The translations under genes were made by a program, and so were the position numbers. A DNA stretch of 26,241 bases, taken from NCBI GenBank assembly GCA_044222475.1, contig JBGANF010000113.1, forward strand, positions 1 through 26,241, given 5' to 3'. Below the pieces are notes generated by a model that saw nothing but the letters and a program-made list of their open reading frames with translations, did no database searches and was not told the origin of the DNA. This DNA comes from Polyangiaceae bacterium (lineage in GTDB: Bacteria; Myxococcota_A; Polyangia; Polyangiales; Polyangiaceae). Below, in pieces: positions 26,107 through 26,241 of this stretch. Position 1 is the stretch's first letter. Every line of letters begins with the position of its first letter.

Positions 26107-26241
26107 TCAGAATAGGACGATGCGACGCACCAAGTCGCGCTGCGCCTCGGGCGACAGGAATCGGTCGAGCCGCGGGAACAGTGCGCGCTCTTCGCGCTTC
26201 GTGTGCTCCTCCTCGATGGCGCGCAGGAACTCGAGTGCCTG
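26107..26241 (-). CDS. Hemerythrin/HHE cation-binding domain protein, 3' fragment
   Basis: Translated by hand: QALEFLRAIEEEHTKREERALFPRLDRFLSPEAQRDLVRRIVLF-stop (HxxxEExxLFP motif). Confidence 0.65.
   Translation of the reverse strand, partial: QALEFLRAIEEEHTKREERALFPRLDRFLSPEAQRDLVRRIVLF

Overview
GC-rich bacterial DNA, most likely a myxobacterium (Polyangiaceae-like), judged from a TIGR04551-type outer-membrane barrel, Cys-rich lipoproteins and a giant metzincin lipoprotein. There are three blocks. (1) 1-7.3 kb is an envelope proteolysis block: a >1270-aa HExxHxxGxxH lipoprotein missed by the ORF track, an M16 lipoprotein peptidase pair and a stand-alone subtilase-prodomain-like protein. 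(2) 7.6-12.5 kb is an islet of small genes (DUF4136-like and DUF2846-like lipoproteins, HPF/RaiA, TerC, three single-domain receivers). It carries seven sigma54-type -24/-12 promoters, three of them apparently leaderless. (3) 12.9-25.1 kb is a divergent polyhydroxyalkanoate (PHA) locus. Leftward, phaR is coupled to a Zn-ribbon protein carrying a DnaK subdomain-IIB-like segment. Rightward, one operon encodes MFS, lipoprotein, lipoprotein alpha/beta hydrolase, outer-membrane barrel, paralogous lipoprotein, mini-PhaE, acyl-CoA ligase and class III PhaC, with no phaA/phaB. This operon is the best candidate for an undescribed system: import of exogenous or prey-derived polyester or hydroxy-acids followed by re-polymerisation (inference). 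The barrel gene's 5' end is disrupted by a 486-bp insert made of an exact 234-bp self-duplication plus a REPIN-like palindromic element. All family calls come from motif recognition by eye; no searches were run.
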